In this document: one piece after another, positions 56,580-64,000 of the stretch
Layout of the letters: each line of letters starts with the position of its first letter
How positions within the stretch are numbered: position 1 is the first letter of the stretch
Assembly: GCA_041649135.1 (NCBI GenBank)
Contig: JBAZNQ010000001.1
Span: 227,037-291,036 of the forward strand
DNA length: 64,000 nucleotides
Reading direction: 5' to 3'
Source: Patescibacteria group bacterium
Lineage (GTDB): Bacteria; Patescibacteriota; Kazan-3B-28
Position numbers and translations under genes: made by a program
The notes under the pieces: model-generated
What the model was told of the DNA's origin: nothing
Databases searched by the model: none
The model's input: the letters and a program-made list of their open reading frames with translations, nothing else

Positions 56580-57839
56580 CTAACAGCGGTGTTTCACCAA
56601 CTCACGCACCAGCCGATCTAAATAAATCGTTCTGGATGCCTTCACTAATACGGTATCACCATCCAGCAAGATGGGCAAAATCTGACGAATAGCTGGTTCA
56701 ACTTCTTCTGGTCCGCCCCGCCAATTAATTTTCAGAATTTTATTTGCGTCCATTCCAGCCGCTCCCGCGCCATCTGCGATTAATGCTCCGCCCTCACCCA
56801 TCGCAATTAATAAATCAACTTTCGTTGCTACCAATTCTCCAATTTGATGATGTTGGCTGATTTTTTTATCGCCTAATTCCCTCATCTCGCCCAGAATCGC
56901 CACCCTCCTTCGCCTAGGCTCCGCAGAGCTTTGCCCGTCGGTAGCAGCGATGTCCTGCAAACTCATCAAAGCCATCTGTGTTGATTCGGGGGCGGCATTA
57001 TAAGTATCGTCAATAATCGTCCATTGGTCGGTCTTTTCAATCTGAAATCTGCCGGCAACCGGCTGTAATTGAGATAAGCCGCTTTGAATTTGTTCCGAGT
57101 TCAAAGCGAATTCCTGTCCGACTGCCCACGCCATTAATGCCGCTGGCACAAATTGCCGACCGACCGGCAAACCAACTTCCATCACTTGTTCATGATGATG
57201 CAAGCGATATCGATTCTCGCTCACCAATTCCGCCCAATAATCATTATGCTCATTCCAACCAAATGTTGTTCTACGTTGATTGGGTTTTGCCACAAATGTT
57301 TGACACTGGTCACACTCACCATTAATTACCACCAATCCCTGCTGTTTCACCGCATCAGCCAATGCTAATTTTTCCGCTGTCAATTCCGCTTGATCTTTGT
57401 AAAATTCCAAATGCGTACTGCCGATCAAAGTTATTACCGCTATGTCATATTTAAACCATTTATTAAACCAGCGAATATCATTCGGCCTGTCAGCTGCCAG
57501 TTCCAAAACTAAAACTTGTGGATACTTTTGGCGAAACAACAATTTCATCTTCGCCTGCCAAACCAATTGGCAGTATTGCCCCAGACCAATCTTCGCCTTA
57601 CCATCAGCCGTAAACACCGGCTCAAAACCGGGGGCTATCACTGATGCGGCAATGCCCCATTCAGTATTAGCGTTATACAAACTTCGCTGTACGTCATACG
57701 CTTGCTTTAACACCGCAAAAATCGCCTCCTTGACCGTAGTTTTGCCAACACTGCCAGTAATGGCAACTATCTTCACTTGATACTTTTCGGCCACTAACTT
57801 GGCCAACCAAGCCAACAGATTAAGCGCTAATCGTTTCAT
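56580..57839 (-). CDS. murF: UDP-MurNAc-tripeptide--D-Ala-D-Ala ligase
   Basis: GSVGKTT P-loop and the MurF-type DDTYNA motif. No murE in the window. Confidence 0.8.
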   Translation of the reverse strand: MKRLALNLLAWLAKLVAEKYQVKIVAITGSVGKTTVKEAIFAVLKQAYDVQRSLYNANTEWGIAASVIAPGFEPVFTADGKAKIGLGQYCQLVWQAKMKLLFRQKYPQVLVLELAADRPNDIRWFNKWFKYDIAVITLIGSTHLEFYKDQAELTAEKLALADAVKQQGLVVINGECDQCQTFVAKPNQRRTTFGWNEHNDYWAELVSENRYRLHHHEQVMEVGLPVGRQFVPAALMAWAVGQEFALNSEQIQSGLSQLQPVAGRFQIEKTDQWTIIDDTYNAAPESTQMALMSLQDIAATDGQSSAEPRRRRVAILGEMRELGDKKISQHHQIGELVATKVDLLIAMGEGGALIADGAGAAGMDANKILKINWRGGPEEVEPAIRQILPILLDGDTVLVKASRTIYLDRLVRELVKHRC

Positions 57840-57856
57840 TATCTCCCTGCCTCCTT

Positions 57857-57881
57857 GTCATTCCCGCGCAGGCGGGAATCC
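57857..57881. repeat. Single-hairpin palindromic element GTCATTCCCGCGcaggCGGGAATCC upstream of murF
   Basis: Family terminus and stem. Confidence 0.55.
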
Positions 57882-58065
57882 ATTTTCCCCCTCCCACCCG
57901 TTCGTCTATAAGTCTATCTGTCTATAAGTCCATTCGTCTACCCGTCTATTAGTCTACCCAAAAATCCGCCCCCAGCCTAGTATTTCATTGAATCTCCGCC
58001 AATCCAAACAATCTCCACCCATATCTTTTTGGTTAGATTGGATTAAATTGGATAGATTGGTTAGA

Positions 58066-59793
58066 TTATCTCGTTGGTGCTATTCTCCAGTAATCCAACA
58101 AAAACTTGGCAATATCCCCAAACAACGGCGCCGCCGAACTTTCGGCATAAACCACATCTTTCGGGTGATCAATTCTCGTTATCATTACAAATCGTGGATT
58201 TTCTACCGGCCCAAATCCTACAAATGTACCGATCGTCGAGCCCACACCAGACATGTATCCACCATTTGGACTCGCTACCTGCGCCGTACCAGTTTTACCA
58301 GCGATGTAGTATCCATCCACACCAGCCTGCGTACCATGACCACGTTCTACTACTCCCACCATCATTGCCGACACCAGTTGTGCCGCTTGTGATGACACTA
58401 CCTGACCTTTTACATCCGGGCCAATACTGACTGCGCCAGAAGGATATAAAATCCTGTCCACCAAATGTGGTTGTAACAATTTACCATCATTCGCGATCGC
58501 TCCGATTGCCGCCAGCATTTGGATTGTCGTTACCGCAATCCCCTGACCAAACGCCATGGTTGCCAAATCCACATCGCTCCAATTCTTAATTTCCTTCACC
58601 TGCGCCGCCACTTCCCCCGCAGATTCCACACCAGTCGGCGCCAAAAACCCAAATGCCTCTAAATACTTGCGAAATAGATTTTTACCCAATTTTTGTACTA
58701 CATACACCGCACCCGTGTTTAATGATTTTTCCAGCACCTGCGTCATTGTTTGTTGCCCATGTGCCAATTTATCCGAGTTCTTAATCGTTCTATCATTCAC
58801 TTCCACCGACCCAGTATCAGTATAAGTCGTGCCTGGCGCCACTAGTCCCGCATCAATTCCCGCCGCCATCGTAATTACTTTAAACACCGACCCCGGCTCA
58901 TACACCTGCGACGTATTCATATTCGTAAATAATTCCAGCGCCGATGTATTGTAGCTGTTCGGATCAAAATTGGGATAGGCCGCCATAGCAATAATTTTGC
59001 CCGTCTTCGGATCCATCACAATTACGCTACCCTTCTCGGCCTTGTGTTTTTCTACTGATGCTTTTAATGCCTTCTCAACTTGATACTGGATCGCTCGATC
59101 AATCGTCAGCACCACATCCAACCCATCTTCGGGGTCCACGTTCTCTCGTTTGCCCAAAGCGATCTGACCACCAAACACATCCTGCTCTGCCTCCAGCAAA
59201 CCCGCCTCGCCTCCCAATTCTTTATCAAAATACCCTTCCAACCCGTATTGGCCAACCCCGTCGCGGTTGACGAAGCCTAACCCCTGCGCCAACATCGTCG
59301 CTTCTGGATAATAACGATATTGTTCCGACACTAAATAAACTCCCGTCAAATCCAAGTCAGCAATTTCCTGCGCTTCCTTCTCTTCAATTTTCCGTTTTAA
59401 TGGTGGCAGATACTTTGCCTTGGATGATAATTTTGTGATCAATTCACTTTCTTCTAGCCCACTACCGGACAAATACGGCATCAGTTTAGTCGCCACCAAT
59501 TCTGGTCTTTCGATTTGCGCCGGAACAACCTGCAAAGCAAATAATGTTACGTTGGTCGCCAACGGATACAACTCTCCATCATCATCTTCCACCAAAATCT
59601 TGCCCCTTTGTGCTGGCACAATCTGACTGTTCACATGCTGCTCCTTAGCCATCGTTGAAAAATGCCGATACTGAATTACCTGTCGCTCGAATAACATCAA
59701 AAACAACATAAACAACAGCAATCCAAATGCTCCGGCAATCAAACCGATCCGGTATCGCTGTTCATATTGTAATGAAGTCGCCCGATCTAACAT
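58066..59793 (-). CDS. ftsI: Penicillin-binding protein 2/3-type transpeptidase
   Basis: N-terminal TM, SVFK (SxxK), SxN and KTGT motifs. Confidence 0.85.
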   Translation of the reverse strand: MLDRATSLQYEQRYRIGLIAGAFGLLLFMLFLMLFERQVIQYRHFSTMAKEQHVNSQIVPAQRGKILVEDDDGELYPLATNVTLFALQVVPAQIERPELVATKLMPYLSGSGLEESELITKLSSKAKYLPPLKRKIEEKEAQEIADLDLTGVYLVSEQYRYYPEATMLAQGLGFVNRDGVGQYGLEGYFDKELGGEAGLLEAEQDVFGGQIALGKRENVDPEDGLDVVLTIDRAIQYQVEKALKASVEKHKAEKGSVIVMDPKTGKIIAMAAYPNFDPNSYNTSALELFTNMNTSQVYEPGSVFKVITMAAGIDAGLVAPGTTYTDTGSVEVNDRTIKNSDKLAHGQQTMTQVLEKSLNTGAVYVVQKLGKNLFRKYLEAFGFLAPTGVESAGEVAAQVKEIKNWSDVDLATMAFGQGIAVTTIQMLAAIGAIANDGKLLQPHLVDRILYPSGAVSIGPDVKGQVVSSQAAQLVSAMMVGVVERGHGTQAGVDGYYIAGKTGTAQVASPNGGYMSGVGSTIGTFVGFGPVENPRFVMITRIDHPKDVVYAESSAAPLFGDIAKFLLDYWRIAPTR

Positions 59794-59892
59794 ACCTCAT
59801 TAATCTAACCAATTTATCCAATTTAATCCAATCTCACCAAGAGGCTATTGGTAGAGATTGTTTAGATTGTTCAGATTGGTGAGATTTCCGTT

Positions 59893-60315
59893 CTACCGTT
59901 GTGCCAAGGCCGTGTAGCTTGGCAAATAGGTGTAGTGTTTCGATGGCACCAACTTTGGCGCACTCGGCACAAAGGTTACTGGAGTTTTGTTAGTTGTGGT
60001 GTCACTATCAGTCGTTGTTTTGTCATTATCTCCTACCTCCACTTGCCCGCTAGCATCAGCGTCAATCACCTGTAAAGATTTTAGTCTGGCCGCTTCCACT
60101 TCCAAACGTTGGTTTTGAGCTTCTAAGTCTCGACTGTCTATTTCCAACATCCGCAACTCTGTACCTTTATTTGATACGACATTCACCAACACAAAATAAA
60201 AGCCTCCCACCAAGAAGAAAAGTCCCAACATCAAATAAGTCATCGACTTAGGATTTAAATTAAATCTCTTGGTCAGATTGAAACTTGGCAATTTGAAACT
60301 GAATTTCTTTCGCAT
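59893..60315 (-). CDS. ftsL: Cell division protein FtsL-like (TM plus coiled coil)
   Basis: Single TM and a coiled coil. Positioned between rsmH and ftsI. Confidence 0.5.
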   Translation of the reverse strand: MRKKFSFKLPSFNLTKRFNLNPKSMTYLMLGLFFLVGGFYFVLVNVVSNKGTELRMLEIDSRDLEAQNQRLEVEAARLKSLQVIDADASGQVEVGDNDKTTTDSDTTTNKTPVTFVPSAPKLVPSKHYTYLPSYTALAQR

Positions 60316-60377
60316 CTTTTTTGAGCCTTATCATTTAACTAGTGGCTAGTGGCTATCCCCTAGTGGCTTTGTCGCGG

Positions 60378-61268
60378 CTATTCCCTAGTGGCTAACCTCT
60401 CTACCGCTCTTAATTTCGCACTGCGAGAACGTGAATTGCTACGCCGCTCCTCCCAAGAAGGCGGCAATGCCTTCTTGGTGAGCGGACGGGTTCTCCCCCC
60501 AGTGGCTTCGTTTTTAAAAAAGTTTTTAACGATCCGATCTTCTAGTGAGTGAAAGGTAATCACCACTAGTCGGCCTTGAGGTTTTAACAGCTCGATCGCC
60601 TGTGGTAATGCTTCTCTCAATGCTTGCAGTTCATCATTGACCGCGATCCGCAAGGCTTGGAACACTCTGGTCGCCGGATGGATTTTCCCCTGATGACCGC
60701 CTACAACTCGCACCAAATCCATCGTTGTAGCGATCGGCGCTCTCCGTCTGGCTTCCAAAATCCGCTTAGTAATCGCTTCCGCTTTCGGCTCTTCGCCATA
60801 TTCCGCCAAGATCCTGACCAGCTCGTTGTAGCTCGCGCGGTTCACCAGCTCTGCGGCAGTTGTCCCACCGCTCGTCGTATCCATCCGCATATCTAAAGGG
60901 GCATCGTGTAAAAAAGAAAAACCCCGAGTCGGTTCATCTATTTGAAAAGATGAGAAACCCAGGTCGAATAATATTCCGTCAACTCTTCGGTAGCCGGCAT
61001 TTTCAACCAACTCACGAAGATGGCGGAAATTGCCGTGTACCAAAACCACTCTGTCGTTAAAGCTTTTGAGATTGTCGTTTGCGATCTGTAAAGTTTGTTC
61101 ATCTTGATCAATTCCAATCAGTCGTCCGTTTGGGCCGAGTTTCTCTGCGAGTATCCGTGCATGGCCCCCCAACCCTACCGTTGCATCCACCAAAATGTCA
61201 TCCGGCTGTGGCGCCAGAAACTCGAGAGCTTCTTTGGCCAACACCGGAATATGGCTGGGTTTAGACAT
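60378..61268 (-). CDS. rsmH: 16S rRNA (cytosine1402-N4)-methyltransferase
   Basis: RsmH/MraW SAM-MTase motifs (VDATVGLGGH…). Confidence 0.9.
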   Translation of the reverse strand: MSKPSHIPVLAKEALEFLAPQPDDILVDATVGLGGHARILAEKLGPNGRLIGIDQDEQTLQIANDNLKSFNDRVVLVHGNFRHLRELVENAGYRRVDGILFDLGFSSFQIDEPTRGFSFLHDAPLDMRMDTTSGGTTAAELVNRASYNELVRILAEYGEEPKAEAITKRILEARRRAPIATTMDLVRVVGGHQGKIHPATRVFQALRIAVNDELQALREALPQAIELLKPQGRLVVITFHSLEDRIVKNFFKNEATGGRTRPLTKKALPPSWEERRSNSRSRSAKLRAVERLATRE

Positions 61269-61597
61269 CTAGTTAGTAATGAGTTATGAGTATCGAGTCG
61301 TGAGTGATGGGCAAAGAGTTATAAACCGTGTTTCTCATCTCTCATCTCTCGTCTCTCGTCTCTATTTGTTATCCATTAGTTTGGTTCGATTCGCCGGCAA
61401 CCTGATTTAGGAGGTTGTAAATTGTTTTACCCAAGGGGATGGGTGTTTGGAGGTTTGCAAACTTTTTTTAGGAGGTGAAAAGTTCAGCAAGATAATGACT
61501 AGATAACTAATTGTGTCAAGTTGCCGGCGTCGAACTCTGCGAAATATTAAAATTGTTTTTGCCTTTTTGGTTAGATTGGTGAGATTGGTTAGATTTT

Positions 61598-62041
61598 TCA
61601 AATAAACAACGCTTCTGCCATTTTTTCTGATTCTTTTTCAGTCTTCTTTTTGTATGCGTCCCAAGCCTTCTCACTCCAGATTTCCAATCGACTCATCAAT
61701 CCGGCGATAATTGAGCTACCCTTGAGTTGCGCAAAATCTATTAAATAATTTGGTAAATTAATTCTTCCCTGCGAATCAATTTCTACCATCATCGCTCCCG
61801 CCAGCATTAATCTAGCAAAAGCTCTCGCATTACCTTGAGAAATTGGCATTTGTGTTAATTTAGCAACCAACTTGCTCCACTCATCGGCTGTATATAAGAA
61901 CAGACAGCCGTCGAGTCCTTTGGTCACTACTGCACCTTTTTTCAATTTGCTACGAAATTTTGCCGGAATAGCAAGTCTACCCTTGTCGTCCAACTGATGT
62001 TTGTACTCACCAATAAACAGGTTATCCACTTTTGCCTCCAC
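61598..62041 (-). CDS. mraZ: Transcriptional regulator MraZ
   Basis: Duplicated DxxGR motif (LDDKGRLAIP…). GTG start. The start lies within GTGGRG direct repeats. Confidence 0.85.
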   Translation of the reverse strand: MEAKVDNLFIGEYKHQLDDKGRLAIPAKFRSKLKKGAVVTKGLDGCLFLYTADEWSKLVAKLTQMPISQGNARAFARLMLAGAMMVEIDSQGRINLPNYLIDFAQLKGSSIIAGLMSRLEIWSEKAWDAYKKKTEKESEKMAEALFI

Positions 62042-62391
62042 TTATCCCCACATTTCTCCACAACGTCTTTATTGTACACCACTTATCTTTTCATCTTCAA
62101 CACTTTTAATCTAAAACTTTAATAATTCGCTACCGAAGCGAATTATTTATATGCCAAAACTGGCAGACACTTAATTTGTCCACACCGATTTTCGTCAGAT
62201 TAACTGAAAAAGGACTTCCCAAGGGTTCACGATCTCGCATCCCTCTGACAAGTGCCGCAAAGTACCAAGATGCAGGTAGGGCTGGGGTAAATCTCCAACC
62301 ACCCTACCCGCTTGTGAGAAATACCAGGTTCCTATCGCAACATACCAAACCCAATTCCCATCAGTCAATTACCCGTTCTCTGCTAAATAAA

Positions 62392-62415
62392 ACTGCCTTC
62401 TTAGAAGAAGGCAGT
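62392..62415 (-). terminator. Rho-independent terminator ACTGCCTTCT-taga-AGAAGGCAGT followed by a U-run on the minus strand
   Basis: 10-bp stem. The minus strand continues TTTATTTAGC. Confidence 0.5.
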
Positions 62416-62428
62416 AGCCACACAATGT

Positions 62429-62680
62429 TCAACGGAACCGGTCTGGATCCCCCATAGCAGGAACCAACTTACCAATCTTTGTCTCATCTCTGTCTACTTG
62501 AGCCCGACCTTCATTCGCAAGCTGGGAATTACGAATACCAACCTCCTGTCGCAACTTTTGTTGCTGCTCACCTGTAAAGGTCGGCCAATAGGCGACAGCA
62601 CTCACCCAACGCATTACCTTAAAAAGCTGTGGGTGATCGTTAGCCCTTTTGATCTCGGCTCTAGCCTGCTCAAAGGTCAT
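62429..62680 (-). CDS. Hypothetical protein (83 aa)
   Basis: ORF followed by a terminator. No recognised motif. Confidence 0.35.
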   Translation of the reverse strand: MTFEQARAEIKRANDHPQLFKVMRWVSAVAYWPTFTGEQQQKLRQEVGIRNSQLANEGRAQVDRDETKIGKLVPAMGDPDRFR

Positions 62681-63054
62681 TATCTCACCTCTTTCGTCGC
62701 TACATCACCTGCTGCGCTTGCCACACCCAATGACAGCGATCGCTTATTAGGTGCTACGGGGTGTACCGTCCGGTAACAATCAAAGCAGATCCACCCATCG
62801 GTTCCTTTCAGACAGTGGTTGCAGCAAAAAAGTCTTCCGCACCTAACACAGCGATATAGACCGAGCTTGGTATACCTCTGCCCGCATCCACTGACCGCAC
62901 ATTTACCATTACCCGACTTCTCTGCCAAGGTACCGCTCCTCTCGGAAAATTTAACTACACTATTAATGACAGAGACTTCACTCCCAGTCAAACTTTTCCC
63001 ATCCCATTCCATTTCCGCCATTGGAGCCCAACCATCCTTATCCTTCTCCCTCAA
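62680..63054 (-). CDS. Cys-rich zinc-finger protein (hypothetical)
   Basis: CAVSGCGQ…YRCVRCGRLFCCNHC…WICFDCY, i.e. multiple CxxC pairs. Confidence 0.4.
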   Translation of the reverse strand: MREKDKDGWAPMAEMEWDGKSLTGSEVSVINSVVKFSERSGTLAEKSGNGKCAVSGCGQRYTKLGLYRCVRCGRLFCCNHCLKGTDGWICFDCYRTVHPVAPNKRSLSLGVASAAGDVATKEVR

Positions 63055-63110
63055 TTGCGCCTACCCACACCTCTGGAGGGCTAGCTAACCAAAGAAAATC
63101 AACCAGCATA

Positions 63111-64000
63111 TTAGCCTAGTTTAGCTTCCAGCCATTCCATGATCCCTGCGATTGGCACCCGTTCCTGTTTCATTGTGTCTCTGTCACGAACCGTTACCAT
63201 ATTGTCTTCCAACGAATCAAAATCTACCGTAATACAGTACGGCGTACCGATCTCATCTTGCCGACGATACCGCCGACCAACTGTCCCCGATTCGTCATAT
63301 TCTACAAACCATTTTTCTTTTAATTGATGTAGAATTTCTTTGGCTTTTATGATCAGCGGCTCTTTTTTTATTAATGGGAACACCGCCGCCTTAATTGGCG
63401 CCAATCTGGGGTGGAACTTCAATATTATTCTCTCTTCCCCACTTACCTGCTCATCCGCTAACCCGCTAACCCGCTCTTTCGTGTAGGCATCCACCAAAAA
63501 CGCCAATACTGCCCGATCTACCCCACCTGATGGCTCGATCACATGCGGCAAAATTTTTGTCTTGGTCTCTTCGTCAAAATATTTTAATTCTTGCCCCGAA
63601 AACTTCTCGTGTTGGCTTAGATCATAATTTCCTCTATTGGCAACCCCTTCCAGTTCCGAAAAACCAAATGGAAAATTATACTCCACATCAGTTGCCTCGA
63701 TTGCATAATGCGCCAGCTCCGTTTTCTCATGTTCCCGCAATCGCAAATTGTCTGACTTAATCCCCAAGTTTTTATACCAATCAAACCGCGCCTTCACCCA
63801 TTCATCAAATGCTTTTTTTGCCTCGAGAGCGCTTTTCACAAAATACTCAATTTCAAATTGTTCAAATTCCCGAGTTCGGAATGTAAAATTCCCCGGCGTA
63901 ATTTCATTCCGAAAAGACTTTCCGATCTGTGCCACCCCGAACGGCAATTTATTGCGGGTAGTATCAAGGATGGTTTTGAAATCCACAAAAATTCCCTGCG
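63111..64000 (-). CDS. glyQS: Glycine--tRNA ligase (alpha2-type GlyQS), C-terminal portion; the gene continues beyond the window
   Basis: Class II motifs (FRNEI…FRTREFEQFEIEYF) and a C-terminal anticodon-binding domain. The ORF is open at the window edge. Confidence 0.85.
   Translation of the reverse strand, partial: QGIFVDFKTILDTTRNKLPFGVAQIGKSFRNEITPGNFTFRTREFEQFEIEYFVKSALEAKKAFDEWVKARFDWYKNLGIKSDNLRLREHEKTELAHYAIEATDVEYNFPFGFSELEGVANRGNYDLSQHEKFSGQELKYFDEETKTKILPHVIEPSGGVDRAVLAFLVDAYTKERVSGLADEQVSGEERIILKFHPRLAPIKAAVFPLIKKEPLIIKAKEILHQLKEKWFVEYDESGTVGRRYRRQDEIGTPYCITVDFDSLEDNMVTVRDRDTMKQERVPIAGIMEWLEAKLG

Noticed and set aside
757-62776. Numerous 60-150-aa antisense ORFs inside uvrB, gyrA, infB, ftsI and other genes
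   Set aside because: They lie entirely within, and antisense to, well-supported conserved genes, with no motifs. They are typical shadow ORFs.
1-64000. Alternative genetic code (UGA recoding), as used by some small-genome lineages
   Set aside because: Long housekeeping ORFs (uvrB, gyrA, infB, cysS) read through cleanly with the standard code and end at ordinary stops. No in-frame UGA problem is evident.

Overview
This 64 kb window comes from a bacterium with a compact, repeat-laden genome at roughly 45-48% GC. The gene content and architecture suggest a small-genome, Patescibacteria/CPR-like organism, but that is inference. Most genes are housekeeping genes on the minus strand: uvrB; trmD, a KH-domain protein and rpsP (rimM is absent); rpmF; nusB; rnc; nrnA; rbfA; infB; rpsA; gyrA; murB; a ZIP transporter; cysS; recR; ybaB; ppiB; dnaB; dnaX; and a partial glyQS at the window end. 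The dcw cell-division/cell-wall cluster is split into two blocks, ftsQ-murC-(sortase-like)-murG-ftsW-murD and murF-mraY, then ftsI-ftsL-rsmH-mraZ. murE is not in the window. About 10 kb of accessory DNA sits between the blocks, including a complete diversity-generating retroelement (DGR) at 46.1-48.5 kb. The DGR has an RT with the SQ motif, an Avd-like four-helix-bundle gene, a 116-bp TR and a matching VR at the 3' end of a 207-aa target gene. All 16 TR/VR differences fall on TR adenines. A second accessory island lies next to tRNA-Gln(UUG) (22.2-26.1 kb) and carries an AadA/ANT(9)-like nucleotidyltransferase, an RNase H fusion protein and three hypothetical proteins. Next to it are an sdpR-like/GIY-YIG/sdpI-like trio and a PaaX-like gene flanked by 34-bp perfect palindromes. 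The window is saturated with a family of bipartite palindromic elements (GTC, hairpin, spacer, hairpin, GAC), with at least 15 copies. One copy is inserted in frame inside cysS and one supplies a candidate infB start codon. Other findings are a MITE-like element in two copies, per-spacer oligonucleotide tandem repeats, GC-rich orphan segments (a possible ncRNA region, an HNH gene and orphan ORFs), a sortase homolog whose catalytic Cys appears replaced by Ser, and low-complexity tails on L32, S16 and GyrA. Coordinates for non-ORF features are approximate (within a few nt).
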